Shown here piece by piece: positions 42,689 through 51,822 of a stretch of DNA of 64,000 nucleotides. Position 1 is the stretch's first letter; every line of letters begins with the position of its first letter. The DNA is from Dehalococcoidia bacterium (lineage in GTDB: Bacteria > Chloroflexota > Dehalococcoidia > SM23-28-2 > RBG-16-64-32), in NCBI GenBank assembly GCA_963665775.2, contig CAXXTF010000002.1, positions 1,408,001-1,472,000 of the forward strand, in the 5' to 3' direction. The notes beneath the pieces are model-generated. The model saw only the letters and a list, made by a program, of their open reading frames with translations, did no database searches and had not been told where the DNA came from. Both the position numbers and the translations under genes were made by a program.

Positions 42689-42707
42689 GCCATCGTGCCC
42701 GGATGGA

Positions 42708-44362
42708 CTAGTAGTACAGCCAGCGAATGCCAGCACCGGACCTGCACTTTTCCGCCAGCAAGCAGTACACCTCAGCATGGGCGTAATGGTCCGCCTTACG
42801 ATTGTCGACCCACCTTGCCACCCAGTTTCCCGAGCTGTCCTGCTCCAGGGTTCGCTTGGGTGTCAACATTTCCCGATAGTACTCACCGAAGCCCTCCTTG
42901 ACCCGGCCACCCAGGTGGCGAGCATTGGCCGGCAACAACGCTCTTCCCTCTCGGAAGCGCTGATACATCTCGTCCAGGGCTTCGAGGCGGTTCACATGAT
43001 ATACGTTGGGGTCATCCCCCTTACTCCCTTCCCAGTCATGGCCGGATTCGTGGCGGTCGTATCGCGCCAACCAGGCCAGGCTTCCATGACGGAGGGCAAA
43101 CAGCCGCGCTAGGTGTGCCTCTGGCTGAGAATCGACGACGCAGCGTCTGATATTGAAGCGGTCCAGTAGCCCCTCCAGTTCGTCGAAGGAATCGAGCTCC
43201 CCGGTGAACCAGAGTCGAGGAGTACCGCCGTCATCTCCACCGGTAACTGATTCTCGGACTACGACATGGAGCTTTGTGCCGACGTCGACGCCAATGTCGC
43301 ATACTTCCCCGGCGTACTCGTCCAAAGTGTAATCATGGCGACAACGATCCAGGATATCGATGCTGGTGCCACCGCCGGGCGGCGCGAAGGCCTCCCCAAG
43401 GTCGCTATTTTGAAACTCCAGCAGGGCCGAAGGGGTGGTCGCCTCGCTGGCCTCGATCATCTCCCGAATGTTGGCCCACGGGCTGTACAGGCGGCTCAAA
43501 TGATAACCGTGGACGAGCCCGTTGCCCGGCGCCTGGGCCTGCCAGCGCCCTTGGGCCAAGACGTCTATGTGATGCCGACAGGAGCGGCAGACCACCAGGG
43601 CTTGCTCTAGGTCGACATTCTCCTCCCAGGTGAGCGGCTGTTCCAGCCCGCAGCCAGGGCAGGAAAGGAGGTAGCGGCGCTGATCGGACTGCAGGTAGAG
43701 ACCGTTGACGCCGGCCTCAGGTAGCCGCGGCGTGGAAGCGATACGAAGTAGACCCCGCTGGCTGGAGCTGAGCCGCTTCTTGGCCAACTCCAACACCCCT
43801 TCGCCCATCTGGTCGAATTCGTGTCCAAGATCACGAGGTCAGCGTCGACGCTGGCGATCTGGCGCCGGCTATCAGCGCCCCGCAGGTAGATGTACCCGGG
43901 CCCCAGGTGCTTCAATCTCTTGCTGTCCGCTCCTTTTCGTCGGGGTGGTTCAGGCTGCAGGCGGGTTCTGAGATAGGGGTTATCTTGAAGGGCCTGGTCG
44001 AAGCGGGCCTGAGCGAAATCTTCCATCATGTTCTGGGTCGGCATCAGGAAGAGGACGTGGCCCCGACCAGCGTGGCCTGTGTCAGCTGCCCACAGGGTCA
44101 GATTCACGAGGAGCTCAGTGGCCCCGACCTGGGCGGATTTCTGGATCACGACCAGGGGATGATCGTCGCGGGCGATGTCGGCTAGGGCGGGGAGGTGGAC
44201 CAATGGTCTGCCGCCGACGCTCCGATGGGCCATCGCCCAGGCGTAAGGGTCACCGGGGCTCCTTCTGGCCTTCTCCATCCAGAGCGCCCTCCGTGTATTC
44301 GAGGAGACGGTCGAGCTCCTCATCGCTGAGTCCTGCGAGTCTGGCGTTGATTCCGATTTCAC
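42708..44362 (-). pseudogene. Phage terminase large subunit (lambda GpA type), 2 bp duplication frameshift at 43821-43824
   Basis: KSAQVGATE Walker A; VILD[ac]EFDQM Walker B; ASTP; CPGC/CRSC; nuclease GVDVG and ADHY; true start may be 44278. Confidence 0.88.
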
Positions 44363-44765
44363 CGTTAACCTCCTGTCTGTCAGTAGGCTCGCCCCTGGCT
44401 AACCGCTCTAGCTTCGCGCCTTCTACGACAGCGCGGATCGCCGCGTCGGCGGTGGCATCGTCGGCGCCCATCGCCGCCAGCCATTCCGCCCCCTTCTGTT
44501 GTAGCAGCAAGGCCTCTTTGGCCTGGCGCTCGTACATTTCCTTGAGCGCCGCGATCCTGGCCTCATGTTCCGCCTGCTTTGCTTCCTGCTCCATCGCGGC
44601 TATCTGGTGCTGCCAGTGATGGAGGCGGGACCATTCATAAATGGTGCGGAGGTTAGGCGCCCGACCATCGGCCTCAAGCTCAGCGTGGAGCTGCTCCAGG
44701 GTGCACGCTCCTCCCATACGCCAGTAGAGCTCGAAGGCCTCACGGTGCCTGGTTTTCTCAACCAT
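44250..44765 (-). CDS. Putative terminase small subunit
   Basis: N-terminal HTH (AFELY...RTIYEWS...W), coiled coil, position directly upstream of the large subunit. Confidence 0.65.
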   Translation of the reverse strand: MVEKTRHREAFELYWRMGGACTLEQLHAELEADGRAPNLRTIYEWSRLHHWQHQIAAMEQEAKQAEHEARIAALKEMYERQAKEALLLQQKGAEWLAAMGADDATADAAIRAVVEGAKLERLARGEPTDRQEVNGEIGINARLAGLSDEELDRLLEYTEGALDGEGQKEPR

Positions 44766-45435
44766 CGCAGCCCTCGCGATACCGTCGGCAGATGAGGCCC
44801 AGGGCCCGACCGCGCCGGTTGGCGCCGTTGAGGTCTGCCATCGCGATGCTGATCGCTTGCTCGACGGCCTCCTCGTCCTCGGGCAGGACGGCGAAGGACA
44901 CCAGCCGTGGCGCTTCCTTCCGCTGGTGCTCGGCGGCGGCCGTCAAGTCTGCCAGCAGTGTCTCCGTGTCTAGATCGAGCAGCTGGATGGTCTCCGCGAT
45001 GGCTCGGCCATCCTCAGGTAGCAGCGCCGCTAGGTCCTCGGGCGGTAGTAGTCCGCTGAGCTCGGCGAGCAGCTCGGCTCGGCTGGCCGGCACATCCTCG
45101 CCCTCCAATCTGTTCAACGTTGCTAGGAGGATCAGAGCGGTAGCGTCGTCGCAGGGCCAGGGGAAGCAGACGACCTCGCCGTGCCCGAGACGGCGGAGGG
45201 CCTCCAGTCTTTGGTGGCCATCGAGGAGCTGGTAGGCCTCTTCCATGCTGGGATGGGGTCGCACGACCAGCGGCGGGTAGCGCCCCTCCCGAGCGATGTT
45301 CCGCGCGAGCTTCTCAAGGCGCTCCTTGGGCATAATATTGGCGTTGGTGGGGTGCGGATGGAGGTCTGCCAGTGGCACGCGGATCAGGCGCTCCTTAACG
45401 ACCGGCGACGACGAGGAATTCTTTGTTCGTGGCAT
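44758..45435 (-). CDS. ParB/Srx N-terminal domain protein
   Basis: LHPHPTNAN, PLVVR, LLDGHQRLEALRRLG, LNRLEG. Confidence 0.88.
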   Translation of the reverse strand: MPRTKNSSSSPVVKERLIRVPLADLHPHPTNANIMPKERLEKLARNIAREGRYPPLVVRPHPSMEEAYQLLDGHQRLEALRRLGHGEVVCFPWPCDDATALILLATLNRLEGEDVPASRAELLAELSGLLPPEDLAALLPEDGRAIAETIQLLDLDTETLLADLTAAAEHQRKEAPRLVSFAVLPEDEEAVEQAISIAMADLNGANRRGRALGLICRRYREGCDG

Positions 45436-46396
45436 TCTTCACCTCGGATGCGATAGAACTGAGATGTCGATAGGGGACGGATAGGGCTCTGAGTACCGGG
45501 TGATGATGCCTGACCCGGGCCACCAGATCTTCCAGGGTGATAGCAGGTCCGCCGTAGGAAAGAAGGAGCAACGGTATATGGCGAGCCGCATCGAGCAGCC
45601 GGTCAAGAGTCGGTGGCGCGCTGCGGCCTACCTCGTCGCCCAGCAGGGCGTCCAAGACAGCGTACTCCTTAGCATATCCCGTTGTGCCAGGGTATGGTGG
45701 GTCTAAGTAAAGGACTTCAGCTTCTACGCCGCCAATGACTTCGACAGCATCTCCTTTGCGGGACTCGCCGCGGCCGCCGAAGACGCCGACATTTACCACC
45801 TGCGCCACCGTCCAGACACCCTCCGGCGTGAGCATCCTCTCCGCCCTAAGGTAGTGGCCCAAACGGCGAGGGCTGACCCGGTCATAGTCGCCAGTGGCCG
45901 CCGCCCGGGCGTCGGTACCCGTTAGCATGCTCATAGACTGGCAGCGGAGAGCCACTTTGATGATGAGAAGTAGTAGTAGGCTTCGCACGGGCTCCGACCG
46001 GCGATTTGCCCGCGCCACAGCGCGGTCCAGCCAGGCGGCCTGAAATGCAGTGAAGACCGATGGAATGTGCTGGGCCGCGACCTGCGGATAGGAGTCGTCC
46101 GGTGACCGGAACAGGTCGAGCACGTCGTCCAACCTCAGCTGGCACGTGGAGTTCGCAATTAGGGCCCGGGCAACGATTGCCGCCCGCTCGGCGGCGTCGG
46201 AGGCGATGACGTGGAAACCCTGCGCCTTGGCGAAGAGAGCAATAGAGCCGCCACCGCAGAAGGGGTCGAGGAGGGTGTTATTCCGCCATTGTCCTCGGCG
46301 AAGATGCTCCCCAATGAGGGCGAAGATGAGGGGGCAGAGCCGCCTCTTCCCGCCAAGGTAGGAAGGTAACGCTCGAAAGAATTCTGGACCGGTCAC
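45395..46396 (-). CDS. D12-class DNA adenine methyltransferase
   Basis: YLGGKRRL, DPFCGGG, LYLDPPY, terminal EFL. Confidence 0.88.
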   Translation of the reverse strand: MTGPEFFRALPSYLGGKRRLCPLIFALIGEHLRRGQWRNNTLLDPFCGGGSIALFAKAQGFHVIASDAAERAAIVARALIANSTCQLRLDDVLDLFRSPDDSYPQVAAQHIPSVFTAFQAAWLDRAVARANRRSEPVRSLLLLLIIKVALRCQSMSMLTGTDARAAATGDYDRVSPRRLGHYLRAERMLTPEGVWTVAQVVNVGVFGGRGESRKGDAVEVIGGVEAEVLYLDPPYPGTTGYAKEYAVLDALLGDEVGRSAPPTLDRLLDAARHIPLLLLSYGGPAITLEDLVARVRHHHPVLRALSVPYRHLSSIASEVKNATNKEFLVVAGR

Positions 46397-46472
46397 GCGT
46401 CCAGCGTCTCATCGGATTAGGCTCCTGTCACGACCCGAAAAACCGCCGCGGTGGTTAAGCGGGCCGTGTTGC

Positions 46473-47150
46473 TCAAATCTTCCTGATGCCTGCCCTGCGT
46501 CGCAGTGTCTGTACGCGCTTCCGGTTGCGTGGCCCATTCTGGTAATAGTGCCCATCATCGGGCCATAGACCAGCCTGGCGACCGGCGTTGAAGATCTCCA
46601 CGTCGCTCCAATCCGGATGCTGCCTCATGGCTTCGATAACCCTTGCACGCTTCTCTTCCAGTGAACCCGGTGGCGGCCCTCCCTCATTTAACTCTCTTCC
46701 CAGGGCTTCCTGCTGCTGAAAGCTGATCAGTCCCCACAGCTCCCGATACTGGTCCGCCGTCAGGTCCGTGGCGTTCACCCAGACCTGGCCCAGATTCATC
46801 CCCTGCCTGACGCTCTGCACGTCGTCATCGCTCAAGAGGACCCTCACCGCTCTATCCGGAAACCCCGGAATACCATGTAGACGGAGAGGCAAGTGCTGGC
46901 CGGCCTCGGGAAACACCCCTGCGATCACGAGATTCAGGACCAACGCCTCTCCCAGGGTGTTCTTCAGCCCGGGCTCACAGTCGATGAGCAATTGCGCTGC
47001 GCGCTTACACAGTTCGAGAATCTGCCTTGCCAGGGACTCCGCTTCGGGATCGTGTTCACTCGCATCCCGCAGACCTTCGGCAGCGTGACGCGCCTCAGCC
47101 ATCGCTGCCATTACCTCAGGGTCTCTAAATGCGGCCCCTGCGACCTCCAA
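46473..47150 (-). CDS. Hypothetical protein with basic, possibly DNA-binding C-terminus
   Basis: 225 aa ORF co-oriented with the terminase module; start uncertain. Confidence 0.55.
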   Translation of the reverse strand: MEVAGAAFRDPEVMAAMAEARHAAEGLRDASEHDPEAESLARQILELCKRAAQLLIDCEPGLKNTLGEALVLNLVIAGVFPEAGQHLPLRLHGIPGFPDRAVRVLLSDDDVQSVRQGMNLGQVWVNATDLTADQYRELWGLISFQQQEALGRELNEGGPPPGSLEEKRARVIEAMRQHPDWSDVEIFNAGRQAGLWPDDGHYYQNGPRNRKRVQTLRRRAGIRKI

Positions 47151-47289
47151 GATATTGTCCAGCTGAAGCCGAAACGTGGGCGAGGCCTCCGGTTACCGCC
47201 TCCGATCGGCTGACATGTCTAGCAGGGCATCCTACCGTGTAAGTGCTGAATCATTATGGGCATCAAGTCGCTGAGCCCTGAAGGAGGTG

Positions 47290-47613
47290 CTAAGGAACCG
47301 AACCACCGCGGTCAGAGTTCTGGACCATGATGGCCTCGTACGTAGTCAAATGCGGAGGACCTTCCAGGAGACCTGCCAGTGATCCCTGCCGGTGTCCGGC
47401 CGCAAACGCCTCGCTTTCGGTCCATGCGGTGAAAGACTCCCGGTCCTCCCAAGTGCTGTGGCTTATGTACTCGCCCGGCGTGTCCCCCCGAAGCAGGGCA
47501 AACTGGACGAATCCTGGAACGTCTTTGAGGTAGGATCTCCGCTCTCTCCACGCCTGCTCAAAGTCCTGCTCCCGGCCCCCGCCGACGTTGAAGCGATTCA
47601 TAGCGATGAACAT
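47290..47613 (-). CDS. Antibiotic biosynthesis monooxygenase (IsdG/HmoA-like) protein
   Basis: MFIAMNRF, FE..W..R.S.L..VPGF, W...E.F.AWTESEAF..GH. Confidence 0.88.
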   Translation of the reverse strand: MFIAMNRFNVGGGREQDFEQAWRERRSYLKDVPGFVQFALLRGDTPGEYISHSTWEDRESFTAWTESEAFAAGHRQGSLAGLLEGPPHLTTYEAIMVQNSDRGGSVP

Positions 47614-47915
47614 TGGACTTCCTCCAGGCTGACGTAAGCGGCGGTTTTCATTTGGGCAGATGCGTCACCAACTCCACGCTGACTTTCGACTAGACACTTC
47701 CTTATCTTGCTCAAGAATACACCGTTCGGACCGGATAGAGCTTCTCTGTTCTCAATTCACGGCCAGGCGAAATGCGGGCTCTGCTATCAATGACGCCTGA
47801 CGCATCTATAATTGGCTTTGATCATTCGGCCCTGAGCTCCAGGGAGCGCTAGCGTGGGACGAGCGCATATAAGTTCGCCCTGTAGGGTAGAATATTCCTT
47901 GTTGAAGGAGGCCCT

Positions 47916-49112
47916 GTGCTGACTCTGGACGGAGTGAAGATTCTCGACATGTCGCAGTATACGCCCGGGCACCACGGTACGATGCTGCTTGGTGATATGG
48001 GTGCGGACATCCTGAAGATAGAGGCTCCTACGGTGACCATCAGAGGGGGGCTGTCCTCCCGCCGCGAGCCTCCGCCCGAAGAGCGCCAGCGATCGCAGGC
48101 CTTCGACGCCCTGGGCCGTAACAAGCGGAGCATCGCTATCAACCTGAAGGACGAGCGGGGTAGGGAGATCTTCTACAAGCTCGCACGGGAGGCAGACGTG
48201 GTGTTGGAAGGGTTTCGGCCGGGCGTTGTCAAGCGTCTGGGCGTGGACTACCAGACGATATCGAAAATCAACCAGCGGATCGTTTACGCCTCGCTTAGCG
48301 GCTACGGCCAGGACGGACCCTACAGCCAAATGGCGGGGCACGACATCAACTACATAGCCCAGAGCGGCGCCCTGGGCGTGATCGGCCCGGCGCCCGATGA
48401 GCCGCCGGTCATACCGATGAATTTTCTGGCGGACCTCGCCGGCGGCGGCACCATGGCCGCCCTGGGGATCGTAGCCGCGCTGCTCAATCGCGAGCGAAGC
48501 GGCCGCGGCCAGTTCATCGACATCAGCATGGCCGAGGGCGCCATGCAGCTGACCTCGTCCATGCTCAGCAGCTACCTGGGGTCCGGGCGGGTACCGGTGC
48601 GGGACCGGGAATCGCACAGCGGCAGCGTCGTCTACTACAGCGTGTATCAATGCAAGGATGGCAAGTGGATCAGCATCGGCTGTATTGAGCCGTACTTTTA
48701 TGAGAGCTTCTGCCGCGAACTGGGGAGGGAGGACTGGCTCCCTGATCAGCACGCGGATCCGGGCAGGCAAGCCGAGATGATCGCCGCGGCCCGGGAGATC
48801 TTCCTGACACGCACCCGGGACGAGTGGCATGAAGCCCTGAACAGGCACGACCTGTGCGCCATGCGGATCCTGGCGATGGACGAGATGGCGGATGACCCCC
48901 ACGTCCGGGCACGGGGGATGATCATGGAGCTCCAGCACCCGAAGATTGGGCGCGTTAAACAGATGGGATCAGCGATCAAGTTCTCAGAGACGCCATCATC
49001 GTTCCGCTCCTTCGCTCCAGCTAGGGGAGAGCACACGGATGCGGTGCTAAAGGAGTTGGGATACGCTACAGATCAGGTCGCCGCTCTCCGTGACGATGGC
49101 GTCGTGGTATGA
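47916..49112 (+). CDS. Family III CoA-transferase (CaiB/BaiF, AMACR-like)
   Basis: GDMGADILKIE, RNKRSIAINLK, EGFRPGV, GHDINY, ADLAGG, GEHT. Confidence 0.92.
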   Translation: MLTLDGVKILDMSQYTPGHHGTMLLGDMGADILKIEAPTVTIRGGLSSRREPPPEERQRSQAFDALGRNKRSIAINLKDERGREIFYKLAREADVVLEGFRPGVVKRLGVDYQTISKINQRIVYASLSGYGQDGPYSQMAGHDINYIAQSGALGVIGPAPDEPPVIPMNFLADLAGGGTMAALGIVAALLNRERSGRGQFIDISMAEGAMQLTSSMLSSYLGSGRVPVRDRESHSGSVVYYSVYQCKDGKWISIGCIEPYFYESFCRELGREDWLPDQHADPGRQAEMIAAAREIFLTRTRDEWHEALNRHDLCAMRILAMDEMADDPHVRARGMIMELQHPKIGRVKQMGSAIKFSETPSSFRSFAPARGEHTDAVLKELGYATDQVAALRDDGVVV

Positions 49113-49513
49113 CGGAGGTTGTGGGCCGCGGGTGCAAGCCATCAACGAATTTCGGACCTATCGGCCCGCTTTCTAGATATTACCTGAGCTCGCCCCACCA
49201 CTACCGGGCCCCGGCCCATTCGGAAGGGCGGGAGACTTGATTGATGCGGCGGCGGGCATAATGAATTGAAGGATTTGCGAGAGGGCTCGTTGATGGGTAG
49301 ACGCGACCATTCCAAGGGTAAACGATTTCTGGCGGGGCGCCGAGGAAAGCCTGGCGATGATCGTCTCCGATTTCTCGGCGCGTACCTGTAAAGGTTGACA
49401 GGGACGAACACCGGCGCCCCAGGTAGGGCTGTTATACCATTGTCACAAGCGCGGAAAATGGGCAGCTAACGTTTGGCGCTGGCTTCCACGAGATGCTCTA
49501 AAGGAGGCTTGTC

Positions 49514-49882
49514 CTGTCTACGCTCAATTACCGCAATCTCGGCCGTTCCGGCCTTAAGGTCTCTCCGCTCTGCCTGGGCGCCATGGACTTCGGCAATCAG
49601 CGCTTCGGCTGCGACGAGGAGACCACGCTCAATATCGCCCGCGACTATCTGGACGCTGGGCATAACTTCATAGACACTGCCAATCGCTACGCTGACACCC
49701 GGTCGGAGGTAATCGTTGGCAAGGCAGTGAAGGGACGGAGGGACAGTGTGGTCGTAGCTACGAAGGCTGCCTATCCGCTCGGCCCCGGCCCTTTCGAAGG
49801 TGGGACGAGCCGCAAGGCCCTGTTGACTGCTGTCGAGGAGACCTGGCGGGCTATCGTGCGGGATGTTCTCTTGATAGTCTAG
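49514..49882 (+). pseudogene. Truncated aldo/keto reductase
   Basis: YRNLGRSGLKVSPLCLGAM, NFIDTANRY, VVATK; ends after about 120 codons; SD present but start codon is CTG. Confidence 0.85.
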
Positions 49883-49887
49883 AGACT

Positions 49888-50742
49888 ATGGAAGACGGGC
49901 AGCGGAGGCTGGAACAGAAACTCCGAATCGAACTGATTCAGGACGGCTCTCCACGTGCGTTCCTGGCCGCCTACAACCAATTTCACCAACATGTTAACAG
50001 CCATGGTATGTGGGGCAAGCCCACATTCGGTCACCTATACCGGAGCAGGATTGATCTGATTGACACACTCCTGCTTCGTTTGATTCCGCCCCATTCCTCT
50101 GTGCTCGAGTTAGGAATCGGTGATGGAGTTTTCGCCTCAGCGTGCGCGAGCCAAAAGAGTAACGTAGTGGGCATAGACATCTCAGACATCGCCCTAAGGG
50201 TTGCGAGAGGCTTGCATGCGGATGGGGCTCAATTTCACGTCCTTCAAGGAGATGCTCGATTTCTTAGCTTCTTGGACGAATCCTTCCAGTATGTTATAAG
50301 CAGGGACCTCATAGAGCACCTGCCAGAGATAGATGTGGCAGCCCATCTCAGGGAGGTAAAGAGAGTGTTACAGCCTGACGGAATATATCTCCTCTGGACT
50401 CCGCCTCCCTGGCTCGGGCACTCTCTAGGACTTCACCTTAAGGAATATACGGCGAAACAAGTCCTCCACGAGCTTGATAAGGAGGGGTTCGAGGCGAAAA
50501 TAATTCCGCTGCAGCTCAGAATGTTAGGCCTCGCTCATTCACTTGCACGGGATTCATTGGCACTGAAGGCCTTCTTGCGACTAGAGACGGTAACGGTCCG
50601 GCTTGGTATGTCCAAGCTCATTGAGAAGCTACCTGTCCGCTTCAGATGGGCGCTCCTACCTTCCGCATGTGTCGTTGCCACCAAGAGGAGTTCATCGTGC
50701 CCTGCTCTCCCTGTCGCACGAATTATGCGAGGGTCGTCGTGA
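49888..50742 (+). CDS. Class I SAM-dependent methyltransferase
   Basis: VLELGIGDG, GIDIS, LIEHL, RVLQPDG; lower GC than host genes. Confidence 0.85.
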   Translation: MEDGQRRLEQKLRIELIQDGSPRAFLAAYNQFHQHVNSHGMWGKPTFGHLYRSRIDLIDTLLLRLIPPHSSVLELGIGDGVFASACASQKSNVVGIDISDIALRVARGLHADGAQFHVLQGDARFLSFLDESFQYVISRDLIEHLPEIDVAAHLREVKRVLQPDGIYLLWTPPPWLGHSLGLHLKEYTAKQVLHELDKEGFEAKIIPLQLRMLGLAHSLARDSLALKAFLRLETVTVRLGMSKLIEKLPVRFRWALLPSACVVATKRSSSCPALPVARIMRGSS

Positions 50743-51582
50743 TGGATCACTGGTCAGCAGGGCAGAGGCACATGCATCGAGTGCCTACACCTCAAGTTCG
50801 CTTTTACGCAGAGCGTTGCCGATCTTGAATACGTCGGAGGTGCCTGAGGAGACAATGGAGCGGATCAACGAAGTGAGCGAGCCGTAGGTCAGATACCCGC
50901 ACAACCGTGCTTCCATCGCACGCTCTGCACCGTCCTCGTGAGCAGCCCGTAGAGGGTCTGCATGGCGCCTGGTCTGCTGGCCCGCAGCCCTCCACATGTG
51001 GTTGTTAACCGATCCTGATTCCTGTGCCCGTAGCCCAATCTACAGCGGCTGTCCGGCTCGGTCTTGAGCCACTACCCATTGGGATTGGGGCCGGATGCCA
51101 CTACCTTGACACGATATCCCAGGGCGCCTCTGACGGATGCCACCGGGAGGACGCGGAATGCCTGAGTACGTAGTCGAGGCGTCCCAGGGATCGGGTAGGT
51201 CGAGAGGCCTTAGTGTCCAACGGCTCACCCCGAGCAGAAATAGTCAGCGCTGACAGCCATGTACGGGGCCCACGCAACCTCGCGCGGGCCCCGTACATGA
51301 CGTCGCCTTACCAGGCTGGGCAGGGGCATATTCGGCGGGCAACTTGACTGATTGGGCGGTGGGAGTGATGAATGGCACCAAAGTCGCGACGGCTCTGAGA
51401 AGTTGACGCGACGATGCAAGCTGTAAACAAGATAAGCGGCATGAGCGGTCCGCGGCAGGTCCTAGACTAAGTTTCAGTCGGTTATTCAGAGAACCGTTGT
51501 CAGCCTGCGTATTCCCTGCTGTTTACCTGCGGTTTTCGAATCTGGCGCCTTAGCAATTGACCTGCCCGGCGCAACCAGTGTT

Positions 51583-51628
51583 CTTCCCAAGCAGAGGGCC
51601 GTGGGTTCGATCCCCATCGCCCGCTCCA
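51583..51628 (+). repeat. tRNA-Gly(CCC) 3' duplicate (att site)
   Basis: CTTCCCAAGCAGAGGGCCGTGGGTTCGATCCCCATCGCCCGCTCCA, preceded by the GCCTTAGCAATT motif. Confidence 0.85.
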
Positions 51629-51822
51629 GATATACAATCGTCGAAATTCTGCCACGTCCTGGGGGACATGGCAGTGGTGATTCCTAGGATCCCACACCAT
51701 CCTCATCGACCAGGACCCGTAGCGCCAGACGATAGCCTAACCTGCATACTCGGGTCATCGATGGGCGCGTTGCGGTGTCTCGATAAGGGCTTACGTGCCG
51801 CGATTTTCTTTGACTTACTAAG

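Noticed and set aside
41274-47150. Complete prophage or restriction-modification system
   Set aside because: No structural, lysis or replication genes and no recognisable endonuclease beside the methylase
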